A stretch of 64,000 nt of DNA from Somniosus microcephalus (taxonomy: Eukaryota): NCBI GenBank assembly GCA_052327205.1, contig CM126206.1, positions 81,778,001 through 81,842,000 of the forward strand. Direction: 5' to 3'. Every line of letters begins with the position of its first letter. Position 1 is the first letter of the stretch. A program made the position numbers and the translations under genes. The notes below the pieces were generated by a model, which saw nothing but the letters and a program-made list of their open reading frames with translations, did no database searches and was not told the origin of the DNA. This document shows, piece after piece, positions 24,414 through 35,628 of the stretch.

Positions 24414-27400
24414 TGTTAAGTCCGTGAATGATTGAGACACGGACTAGCAGGAGTGAAAACAGATAGATGTTTACTGGTGGAAGTCCATAACAAAACTAAC
24501 CAACAGAGGCTCTCTAGCGCCTTTTATACAGGGGTGGTCACTGCCGGTACTGCAGCCTGAGACCAGTTATTCCCTTAAAGGTACATACACAACAATTCCT
24601 CCCCTTTTAGATAAACAGTACATAACATTCATTTAACAACTAATGATAACGAATTACAATCACAATTACTGTTGCTAGATACATTGGTTAAGTTTAAGCA
24701 ATTATAAGTTCAGTCTTTGAGGAGGCTTCCTGATTCTGTCTGGATAACGCCTCTTTGGAGTATCAGGTTCTTCTGGCAATGTTGAATTGGAATCAATGTC
24801 GTTGTTTGGTTCATCTGCTTCCAATATTACCGGTTCTGCGGTAGCTGCAATTGGAACGTCGATTTCATTACCAGGTGTATCAGATCGTGGTGTGGAGTTG
24901 ACGTTTTCCAGTGACTCTAGAATCTGGTCAGCATGGCGTCTTACAATGCTCTCCCCAACGTCCACGGTATACATGAGAGGTCCTTGTCGTGTACAAATCG
25001 TTCCTGGCTGCCATTTCTCAGTGCGGTAGTCCCGGGCCAAAACTGGTTGACCTATCTTAAAACTCCTGGTCGGCCTTTCATTCATATTCTGAAACTGCCT
25101 GTTCTCCACATCTCTTCGGACGTTTGGCTTAACCAAATCCAAGCGGCATCGTAGTCTTCGATTGAAGATCATGGCTGGAGTTTGGTTGGTAACCGCATGT
25201 GTCGCATTCCGGTAGGCAAACAAGAAGTTGTCCACCTTGTGTTGTAGGGGTATATCTTCATTACACATTGCCTTGATAGCCTTCTTGAATGTTTGGACAA
25301 ACCTCTCGGCCAATCCATTAGTGGCTGGATGATATGGGGCAGATGTGTAATGCTTAACACCATTGTTCTTTAAGAACCTCCGGAATTCTTCAGACACAAA
25401 CTGTGGTCCATTGTCAGAGCAAATCTGTTCAGGCAGCCCATTCCTGGCGAATATGGTTCGTAAAACTGTGATAGTTTTTTCCGTGGTGGTTGAGGACATT
25501 TTTATTACCTCTGGCCACTTTGAATGTGCATCCACCGCAATTAATAACATTGAGTCCATGAAGGGACCAGCAAAATCAATGTGCACCCTTTGCCATGGAG
25601 ATGAGGGCCACTCCCATGGATGCAGAGGAGCTTGTGGTGGGGCGTTTTGGACCTTCTGGCATCCTGCACAGCTCTTGGTCATCTCTTCGATTTCTCTATC
25701 AATCCCCGGCCACCACACAAACGCTCTGGCTAAGCTCTTCATTTTTGCCCCACCCAGATGACCCTCATGAAGCTCATTGAGCACTCTATCCGTCAACTTA
25801 GGTGGAATTACTACTCTGGATCCACACATCAAGGTTCCTCGGCACACTGACAGCTGTTCTCTTCTCGGCGAGAATGCTGGCAGCAGTGGTTCGCCATGTG
25901 CTGGCCATCCCTTCACCGTTAAATCATAGACCCGTGATAGTGTCGGGTCATTCCGTGTTTCCTTTTCTATGTTTGCATTCGTCACAGGGAGACATTCAAC
26001 TATGGTCGAGTGGAATAACTCCATTGGATCCACTGCAAGGTCTTCTTCTTCCACCGTCGGCAACGGTAGGCGTGACAATCCATCAGCATTTCCATGCTGT
26101 TTAGTTCCTTTGTACTCGATGTCATATTGGTGTGCCCCTAGGAAAAGGGACCATCTCTGCAGCCGTTGTGCTGTCATTATCGGTACGCCCTTCTGAGGGT
26201 TGAAAATGGAGACAAGAGGTTGATGATCGGTTAGTAGAGTAAATTTTTGACCGTGCAGATAGTGATTGAACTTCTTCACCCCCCACACTAGGCTGAGGGC
26301 CTCTCTGTCAATCTGGGCGTAGTTACGCTCGGCAGAAGTTAACGAGCGTGACGCAAAAGCTATCGGCCTCTCCAAACCATCAAGGAATTTATGTGACAGT
26401 ACCGCCCCAATGCCGTAGGGAGACGCATCACACGCCAGCCTGATTGGCAGTGCTGGGTTGTAGTGAGCCAATACTTCCTTCGAAGTGATTAAGTCCTTAC
26501 TCTTCTGAAAGGCCCGCTTACATTCATCGCTCCATTTCCATGCTACCCCCGTTCGTAGCAGGGCGTTCAGTGGGTGCAGAATTGTTGACAAATTCGGCAA
26601 AACCTTATGATAGTAATTCACCAACCCGAGGAATGACCTCAGTTGCGACACATTTTCAGGCGCTGGGGCCTTAACAACCGCTTCAATTTTGTCAGGGGAC
26701 TTATGTAACCCCTCTTCATCAATCACGTGGCCACAATACGATATCTGTTTCTTAAAAAATTCGCACTTGGGGCGGTTGGCTCGCAGCCCATGTTCCCGTA
26801 GTCTAGTGAGCACCTGTTCTAGGTTGTTAAGGTGTTCACTGTCATCTTCACCTGTCACAAGGATGTCGTCCAAGTAACACTTGAGTCCCCGGAATCCCTT
26901 GCAGGACTTGTTCCATCGCTCTTTGCCATATCGCCGGAGCCAATGCTACTCCGAATACCAATCGATGATACTGGTAAAGACCTTTGTGAGTGTTTATCGT
27001 GAGATACTTCCTAGAGGACTCTTCAACCTCCATCTGCAAATATGCTTGTGCTAGGTCAATTTTTGTAAAACGCTTCCCTCCAGACAGTGAGGCAAAGATG
27101 TCTTCTATCCTTGGAAGAGGATATTGTACTGTGTGAAGGACAGGGTTCACCGTCACCTTGAAATCCCCACAGATGCAAATCTTCCTTGGCTCTCCGGACT
27201 TATTGCTTAATGTTTTCTTCATGACAGGAACGATGGGTGTTGCCCACTCACTCCAGTCGACCTTAGACAACACGCCCGCCTTCTCCAGATTCTCCAGCTC
27301 TGTCTCGACGGCTGGACGAATTGCATATGGTACCGGTCTCGCTTTGAAAAACTTGGGAACTGCATTCTCTTCTATTTTTAACGAGGCGGTTATGCCTTTA

Positions 27401-29372
27401 AGCGTGCCCAGTTCTTGTTGAAATACCTCTTTGGCGTTAGCTAAGATTGTTGACAATCGTCCAGGAGTGACGTCTTCATCTTTTTTACCGTCCACCGTCA
27501 CTGCATGAATGGAATGCCAATCTAAGTTTATCTTCCTGATCCATTCCCGTCCCAATAACGGTGGTCCACCATTTTGCAGTATGTAGAGATACAATTTCCG
27601 TATTTTCTTGCCATTGTATTCGACAGGCACCCTTATTTTTCCTCTGGGGTATACTTTTTGCCCCGTATACGTCGTCAAGACGATGGATGTCTATCTCAAG
27701 GGTATGTGTGAAAATAGCTGCTCGTAGTCTCGTCGATTCATGACGGTTAGCGCTGATCCTGTATCCAATTCCATTTTAACTTGGGACCCTGCTATCGTGA
27801 GAGTGACCCAAATGGTTCGGTGATCCTCTTTTGCGATTACATTGTTAAGTTTGAGACAGCTTAGTCTCCTGTTTCCGGATTCACTATCGCTCATCTGGTC
27901 TTTGGAACTACTGTCCGTCATCTTTTGTACTTTCTTGTACGGTTCCTTAGTAGCCTTTTTGTTGTCGCTGGTCTTCTTCCCAGACCTACAAACTCGTGCA
28001 ATGTGTCCAATCTTCCCGCATTGTCTGCATATTTTGTCTTTGGACCAGCAGTCCTTCTGGTCATGGTTAGTTCTGCCGCAGCAATAACATTTTGCAAATC
28101 CCCGTGTCATTTCGTGGGTGCCGTATTCCTGTGGTTTTTGTTGAATTTCTGCAGCTCCCCTGGCTGCTGCTTCATACGATACTGCCACGCTGAAAGCCTT
28201 ATCTAGCGTCAGCTCTTTTTCTGTGAGTAACTTCTTCTGTGTTCCTTCACTCAGGAGTCCACAGACAAATTTGTCCTGTAGGGTATCTGCTAGTCCTGCT
28301 CCGAACTGGCAGTGCTTTGATAGCTTGCGTAGTTCCGTAAGATACTCAGCATTGCTCTCATCTTTGTGCTGAGTTCTCCTGTGGAATTTAAATCTTTCTG
28401 CTATCAACAGCGGTGCAGGGTTTAAGTGCTCCTGTAGAACAGCAACAATATCGTTAAAACTCTTCGCCTTCGGTTTGGCTGGAGTAATCAGATCCCGCAA
28501 TAGGCCATACGTCCTAGCGCCCATTAAGTTTAGCAATATTGATGCCTTTTTCCCCTCCGCTATTTCATTTGCCTCGAAATATACCTCGACTCTTTCCACA
28601 TACGTGGTCCAGTCCTCTAATGTATCAAAAGCAGTGATACAGCCAGTCTTCGGCATCTTGCAAATCTAAAATGGCGCCTCCCGCGCTTTGCCTTCTTCTC
28701 CGATTTAACAAAATGGCGCCTCCCGCGCTTTGTCTTCTTCCCCGCTGTTGTTAGCGCTGCTTTCCACGGTTTCTTGCGCGTATTCTTTTTCTTTTATTAT
28801 TTTCCCGTCGTGGAGCGGACCCTCTGGGACACTTCCCTCCCTCTTCTGAGGTCCGAACCCTGCCCAGCTTCGAAACACCGGCCGCGCCCTGTATGCTCCA
28901 CCCTCTCTCTCTCTCCTTGCTTCCTGACTCGCTGCCCGGCCCCGTTGCAGCCCAGGAAGGATCAGAGCACTACCTGCCACCAGCCCGATTAGCTGGGAAA
29001 CCACGGACCGAGGAACCCAGCCTGGCTCTGGAAAGTCGCTCCTGCAAAGCCTTGAACCTAATGATTGACGGTCGACGCCCATTTCTCGAGTTTCAATGAA
29101 CTCTTTTTTTCTTTCTTCTGGCTCCGACCTTCAACACGTTGTCGGAGCTGCTGCCGAGTTGCAGGTAAGTACGTTTCTTACTCGTCGCCAGTGTTAAGTC
29201 CGTGAATGATTGAGACACGGACTAGCAGGAGTGAAAACAGATAGATGTTTACTGGTGGAAGTCCATAACGAAACTAACCAACAGAGGCTCTCTAGCGCCT
29301 TTTATACATGGGTGGTCACTGCTGGTACTGCAGTCTGAGACCAGTTATTCTCTTAAAGGTACATACACAACA
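24414..29372 (-). mobile_element. Full-length Gypsy (Mag-like) LTR retrotransposon #1
   Basis: 181-bp TG...CA LTRs at 24414-24594 and 29192-29372 (5 differences by eye). 5-bp TSD GATAA. PBS TGGCGACGAG (29190-29181), complementary to the 3' end of tRNA-Ser(GCU). PPT AAAAGGGGAGGAA adjoining the 3' LTR. Confidence 0.96.
24702..28656 (-). pseudogene. gag-pol of Gypsy #1 (Gag with two CCHC knuckles, protease, RT, RNase H, integrase)
   Basis: Motifs CYCCGRTNH..C, LDTGS, YLDD, DASPYG, HEGH/CAGC, HIDFAGP, SDNGPQF, GLAERFVQ. One in-frame TAG at 27691-27693 and one frameshift near 26880. Confidence 0.92.
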
Positions 29373-31011
29373 GATAACGTTGACAGGAGTGCATACAGAC
29401 GTAAAGCTTTTAATAAATATACTATTTCATCTCCCATGGTGTTGCATACAGTATCTTGGAGAATACGGTCACTATCTTACCTGCCTCTAATATATTCATG
29501 TTGCTGTTTCTCTTTGTCTCTCCTCTTCCGCTTCTGTCTCACTTTTTCTCTTCTTCATTGCTCCTCTCTCCCCTTAATTCTTTTTGCTTCTCCTCTTCTG
29601 CTTCACCTTCTATGTTTTTCTTTTCTTCTTTTGGGTAGGAAGTGGTGGATGGTATAGCATGGTGAGGCAGGAAAAGGAACCACTAATGGCTGCAGGTTGC
29701 AATACGGTGGGAGACGTGGGGAAAATGTGCCCTCAGCATCTCCCAACCCATCCCTTCCCCAATCACTAGTGCTTCACTCCATCTTCTCACTCCCATCATG
29801 CCCCCCATCCCTTCCCCTTCCTAGCACAACCCCACCATGCTCCACCGCTCCCATCACTACCCCTACCTCTTCCTCTCAGTGACTCACTCAAACCCTGCAT
29901 CTTCCTCTCCCCCTTGCTCCACTACCACTCACTTCACTTGTAAACCTCCATCCAATCTCCACCATTTCTGCTCGTTTCCTGCATTCTCTTCCTGTCTGTT
30001 TCCCTCAAAAACGCTATGTTTGCTTTCAAAATTCAACTTAAAAAAAAATCTGCCTGTCTGTCTATCCTTTCTATTTGTATCCATCCCTTTGTTTCTCTCT
30101 CCTTCTGTCTCTTTGATGCTTTAAGTCAGAATCTCTCTCTCACCGGGGTAAGCAATTATCATTGACATTTTCAGTCAACAAAACACAGGTGGAGATAACT
30201 CATCATAGAATCTTACAGCACAGAAGGAAGCGATTCGGCCCATCGGGTCTGTGCTGGCTCTTTGGAAGAGTTATCCAATTAGTTGACTCAACAGTGTATT
30301 GTTTGGAAAATTTGAAGTAACATGAAGAAAGCATACTCTCTCTTTCTCGTCCCCTCTATCTGATTCATTTCTCATGCTCTATCTCTCTCCCTTAGTTTAA
30401 TACAATTTTTGAAATTTATAGAACACAAAACAGGAACTATGCGTTATCAGAACATGGACATTTATCTCTCTCTCTCTCTCACTCACTCCCACACACACAC
30501 TCCGAGCCGCTCTGTAAAACAAAATACGGAACATACATATTACCTTAAGCTTTTGAAATCTGTCCTCCTCTTTTTCAAAATGATTTGTGGAAAATAAAAA
30601 CTACTTGGCAAGAAGTGCTAGGAGGTAAAGAAAATTATTCCACTCGTAAAACTAACTGAATTATACTGATGTGTCCTGGAAAATTAAGTACAGTGCACAT
30701 GCTCAGACTGCACAGTTCAAATTCAGCCCACAGGCTGGACAAAAATATCAAATCAAAGATGCCCAGACTGAGGCCTTAAAGGAAAAACTTTAATAATGCA
30801 TTAAAATTCACAAAATACAAGTCATTGGATAAATTTATAAAATAAGTAATTTTTATTTGTTTTATTTTGTTTCAACCCTTAATTTGGGCTTTACAATTTT
30901 CGGTCAGAGAAAAAAATGGCAGCTGAAAGAATTATTAGACAACATTGAGTAATTTTTGCAAACCCAGTAGCCAGACTGCACAATCTCAAGGCAATATACT
31001 CTAACTATATT

Positions 31012-31261
31012 CAGCAAACTCTTGTTTAAACGGCACTTAATCATCCGGAATTCTTTAATAACCGGCAAAATAGATAACTGGTAATCTTGCCGAATCCATC
31101 CATTTTTCATTTTTCCGAGTCCGAGTTTCCCGCAGTGGCCGAGTTAGTCAGTGGTTTTTATTTTTTTGTGTTACAAATTGCCTACCTCTCTGTTATCCAG
31201 AACTTTTCATCAACCAGCACCATCCTGGTCCCGTAGGTGCCGGATACAAAAGAGTTTACTG
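31012..31261. mobile_element. Tc1/mariner (pogo/Tigger-like) MITE
   Basis: Imperfect TIRs CAGCAAACTCTTGTTTAAACGGCAC / GTGCCGGATACAAAAGAGTTTACTG, followed by TA. Same family as 63924-64000. Confidence 0.7.
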
Positions 31262-31512
31262 TAGTGTGACACCTTTAACAGTGAAAATACCTATCACAGC
31301 ACTACCAACAGGAGTAACACAGTAAGTAGGTAAAATAGCAAATGGGTACAACTGCCAATCCACAACCATTAACTACCCCAAAACAACCAATTAAATCATT
31401 GAATAAAACAATGAATCAAATTATTCAAAATCACTCAAAAATGTTTTGCAACTGTGTTGTGCAGCCATTTTCCTATTCACTTCACTCAGTATAATAAGCT
31501 TCTGACCACATA

Positions 31513-31863
31513 GCACGGTGGCATAGTGGTTAGCACTGTTGCCTCACAGCGCCAGGGACCCGGGTTCGAATCCGGCCTCGGGCGACTGTCTGTGTGGAGT
31601 TTGCACATTCTCCCCGTGTTTGCGTGGGTTTCCTCCGGGTGCTCCGGTTTCCTCCCACAGTCCAAAGATGTGCGGGTTAGGTTGATTGGCTATGATAAAT
31701 TGACCCTTAGTGTTAGGGGGATTAAATACGTGGGGTTACGGGGATAGGGTGGGATATGTGTTGGTGTAGGGGTTACGGGGATCGGGTGGGATATGTGTCG
31801 GTGCAGGCTCGATGGGCCGAAATGGCCTCTATCTGCATTGTGGGGTTTCTGTGATTCTGTGTG
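31513..31863 (+). mobile_element. HE1-like V-SINE (tRNA head, V-domain, CR1-type tail)
   Basis: A box TGGCATAGTGG and B box GGTTCGAATCC. V-domain TGTGTGGAGTTTGCACATTCTCCCCGTG...GGGTTTCCTCCGGGTGCTCCGGTTTCCTCCCACAGTCCAAAGA. Tail GATGGGCCGAAATGGCCT...TTCTGTGATTCTGTG. Confidence 0.9.
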
Positions 31864-32519
31864 ATAACCAAGCCCGCCAATTTCCACCTCCGTAACATCG
31901 CCTGTCTCCGCCCTTACCTCAGCTCATCTGCTGCTGAAACCCTCATCCATGCCTTTGTTACCTCTAGATTTGACTATTCCTACACACTCCTGGCTGGCCT
32001 CCTACATTCCACCCTACGTAAACTTGAGGTCATCCAAAACTCGGCTGCCCATGTCCTAACTCGCACCAAGTCCCATTCACCCATCACCCCTGTGCTCGCT
32101 GACCTACATTGGCTCCCGGATAAGCAAGGCCTCAATTTCAAAATTCTCATCCTTGTTTTCAAATCTCTCCATGGCCTCACGCCTCTCTATCACTGTAATC
32201 TCCTTCAGTTACCCCCGCCGAGATATCTGCCCTCTTGAGCATCCTCATTATAATCGCTCAACCTTTGGTGGCCGTGCCTTCTGTTGCCTGAGCCCTAAGC
32301 TCTGGAATTCCCTGCCTAAACCTCTCCGCCTTGCTACCTCTCTTTCCTCCTTTAAGGCGCTCCTTAAAACTTACATCTTTGACCAAGCTTTTTGTCATCT
32401 GCCCTAATAACTCCTTATGTGGCTCGGTATCAAAGTTTTTGTCTTATAATACTCCTGTGCAGCGCCTTGGGACGTTTTGCTACATTAAAGGTGCTATATA
32501 AATACAAGTTGTTGTTGTT
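31864..32519 (+). mobile_element. L2 LINE 3' fragment
   Basis: FHLRNIA.LRP.L, LIHAFVTSRFDY, QNSAA, ITPVLADLHWLP, LWNSLP, and an L2 tail ending (GTT)n. Confidence 0.88.
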
Positions 32520-32537
32520 ATACAGCTAAAAGTAACA

Positions 32538-32548
32538 TCTATCTATCT

Positions 32549-32586
<38 letters not shown>

Positions 32587-33257
32587 AACGGATACTTCTG
32601 TCTGTCTGTCCTCACGTGTGCGTCTGTCCGGCTATGCGCTCGAAAGTTATAGAGCGTACCTACGCGCGCGTTACCTCCAAAGAAAGCTTATGCTTCCGGG
32701 ACGGTCGTAAGCATATTTACTTTTCGGTCGGACGAAAATTGTTCGCGCCTTATGCAAAAAACCTTCAAAATTAAACTCATTATCTGCTACTTAGCATTGA
32801 TTGACTGACGTCAAGGTTCGACCAATCCTGTGCCCTCACGATTGACCAATCCTACAGTACAGTCCCCTGATGGTTGGCCAATCGGTGTGTGTGTGTGGGC
32901 GGGACTAATCGTTTTCATCTCCGGGATGTGCCAGCCATTGTTTCACTGCTTCCAGCTCCAACTACTCTCCTTATCCAGCTTTGAAAAAGTTAGTATCTCT
33001 TAAAAATAACATAACATTTACCAAAAACGTTTTATAAGTACTTTCACTTTCATCTTTCAAGGTATTAAAAGGTAGAAATGTTGCCCGGCAGCAGATTGAG
33101 AGAGGGACACAGACAGGGCCCAAAAGCCTGGGACTCGATTTAAAATGTTGCCCGGCACCAGATTCACAGAGGGACACAGAGAGGCCCCAAAGCCTGGCAC
33201 TCGATTTAAACCGCCCGCCCCAAAACAGCCCTGGCAAAGCCGGGCTCCCCCAGCTAG
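32538..33257 (+). mobile_element. Non-autonomous Helitron, unit 1
   Basis: 5' A|TC followed by a (TCTA)n/TATATAAA head and GTCT/GTCC repeats; the exact start within the microsatellite is uncertain. 3' hairpin AGCCCTGGC-AAA-GCCGGGCT (33227-33246), then CTAG (33254-33257). No TIRs or TSD. Confidence 0.78.
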
Positions 33258-33800
33258 TCTATATATAAAGCAGTCCGTCTGTCCACTCTCTGTATATCTG
33301 TCTGTCTGTCCGCTATACACTCAAAAGTTATAGAGCGTACCTACACATATGTTATATCAAAAGAAAGCTGATGATCAGGGGAGTGTCATAGGCGTATTTA
33401 CTTTTTTGTCAGACAAAAGTTGTTCAGACAATATACAAAAAACATTCAAAAATCCGCTCATTAGCGGTTGACCAATACTACCACTCATTAGCGTTGAGTG
33501 ACGTGATGGTTCACCAATCCTACAGTTCAGTGACCTGATGGTTGACCAATCGGTGCGTCACGGGCGGGACCTAATCCTGCAGCCTCCCGAAACTTCGCCG
33601 CCATTTTTCCCCCTGCTTTTCCTCAACAGCGAGCAGGGCAGCTGCGTCGGCCCGCCGGAGCGGGAGGTGAGTTGGGGTCACTCGGGCCGGGCCTCACAAC
33701 CGCTCAGCCCGAGACACAGAGCGGGGGAGCGGCAGCGGCTGGCCGTCAACCGCGCGGCCCTCTAAACTGCCCTGGCAACGCCGGGCCCCCCTGCTTTTAG
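33258..33800 (+). mobile_element. Non-autonomous Helitron, unit 2 (head-to-tail with unit 1)
   Basis: Starts TCTATATATAAAG immediately after unit 1's CTAG. About 300 bp of its 5' part is homologous to unit 1. 3' hairpin GCCCTGGC-AAC-GCCGGGC (33769-33786) with a degenerate terminus. Confidence 0.75.
33472..33672 (+). promoter_or_regulatory. Promoter-like module inside Helitron unit 2
   Basis: CCAAT at 33472, 33514 and 33546. CRE-like TGACGTGA at 33499, GC box GGGCGGG at 33562, YY1-type GCCGCCATTTT near 33597, and splice donor GAG|GTGAGT at 33667. CpG-rich. Confidence 0.55.
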
Positions 33801-35628
33801 GATATAGGAAACACACTACATTACAAAATTTTGATAGATATTATTAAATTGACTCATAAAATTAGACATTTCATTTTAGAAATGTTCCAACAATTTTCTC
33901 CTCACAAGTATACTTCTCTCCCTTTGTTCTCCATTGCCAAAGTTTCCAGACTTTTGCTGGCCTTCCCTCCCAACATTTCCTGGGCTCTGTGCATACAAAA
34001 GATTTGTGCCCTTCATTTTAAGACCTTAGCGCTTGTGCGTCCATCACCCTACCCAAGGGCTGGATTCCAAATGAGTAACTCAGGCTGTCCTGCTTTGCTC
34101 CAGCTATTGTTTCCAGGCCTAGATTGTGCAATTGTATCTGGTGCCCAAACAATCCCCAATCTGTATGACCGCCCATGCACTCTCTGCCTTCCTCTCCTGG
34201 GCCCCGACTTTCCCATTGCACGGCATGGCTACATTTTTTAAAAATAGCCCGAGTTGCTGAGCTGACTCAGCATAATTCCAATTTGCAATGCAAGATGTAT
34301 GATTTTATTTTGACCAGCAGGAGTGGCAACATTCATCCAGACTGAACTCACACGGGTCTCCATCCCCCACATTTAGAAGACTCTGAAGAAAATCAGAATA
34401 GTGAAAGAATTCTACTGTTTACTGATATAAACACTAAAACTGAATGAAAAAGGTGAATAAACTGCTATCTGGACTTTTTTCATTTCTGTTAGACCCAATT
34501 CTACCTGAATGCTGTCAGCTTCCAGTCCCCTTCACTCAGGGCCAGCTGCCCTTAGCCACCCTCTGCCTCCGCCGCCCCCCCCCTTCAGTTTTGTATCTGC
34601 CAGCTACTGTTGGACCACAGACCCTTCCCAAGTGCCACCCATGACCTGGTCCCAGTCCTCCCCTTTGCCACCCATGGCCTGACCCTAGTTTTGCTTCTCC
34701 TTGCTGCGCATGCCCATGGCCATGGCCTGGTCCTGTCCCAGTCCTCCTTACTCCCCACGGCCCAGTCTGTTCTCATTCCCGCTGGGTTATGGTTTCAGTG
34801 AATCTGAATTGTAAGAGTTTGAAATCTGATATACCGTCAGGAATCATCTCTTCTCAAAACCAAATGAGCTTATTTAGAAGCTGTTAGATGTAAAATGTTC
34901 GGGACAAATTACAGGACTCCTCGTCAGTAATTACTCAGTAAGTTGAACTTTATTAGACAAATGTAATGATATACAATTGTTATCTTTCCTGCTACAAACA
35001 TTTGCATCAAAGCAATATTCTGCTGAACTAACATTTACCCAGAGAATAATAAATTAATGGGCACAATTACAAAGGAGAATGAAGCATCAAGTTAGCTCTT
35101 CAAAATAGATCTGCACCAGTGATTGCAACTGACCCAAATGCGGCCTTGCCAGCCTCTCAGCTTTTATTTTCTGCATCTTTTTACAGTGTTGATCCAACAG
35201 CGGATAATGATCTCAATTCATGCTTCAGTGTAACAGTGGATCAAGAAGGATGTGTGAATGCACCGACACAATATTCATCAACCAAACTCATAAATCTTCG
35301 GCACTTTGATAGTGATACTAATGAGCACAACCTGTCACAGAGAAACCTGGGGCTGGATTTTGATACTGGGGCAGGCTGGGGTCGTGTAATCCGCATTTCG
35401 TGTTAGCCACCCGATTCTAAATCGATGTGGGAAAATGATGCCATTTTAACATAATTGGCCAATTGAGTTCCAACATGTGGGAACCCATGGCCAATGAGTT
35501 TTTCCAGTCTGAAAGTCGCCTCCGATGACGTCATCATTGCTGCTGCATTTAAGGTCTGCAACAAGGCTTGCTTCTTCTGCAGGCTGCCAACCTTTTGCCC
35601 TTGCAGGTTAGAGGCACCTGCAGGAAGA

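Noticed and set aside
27679-27693. Programmed gag-pol stop-codon readthrough in Gypsy #1
   Set aside because: The TAG lies downstream of the protease DTG motif rather than at the Gag end, and the element has another lesion. A nonsense mutation is simpler.
28705-29082. Extra ORF in the Gypsy #1 leader
   Set aside because: Non-ATG start and no domain similarity. A GC-rich leader readily gives chance ORFs.
29436-30124. Hydrophobic and Pro/Ser-rich short ORFs
   Set aside because: They arise from pyrimidine-rich low-complexity sequence.
31513-31590. tRNA gene
   Set aside because: The A/B boxes run directly into a V-domain and LINE-type tail, so this is a SINE head.
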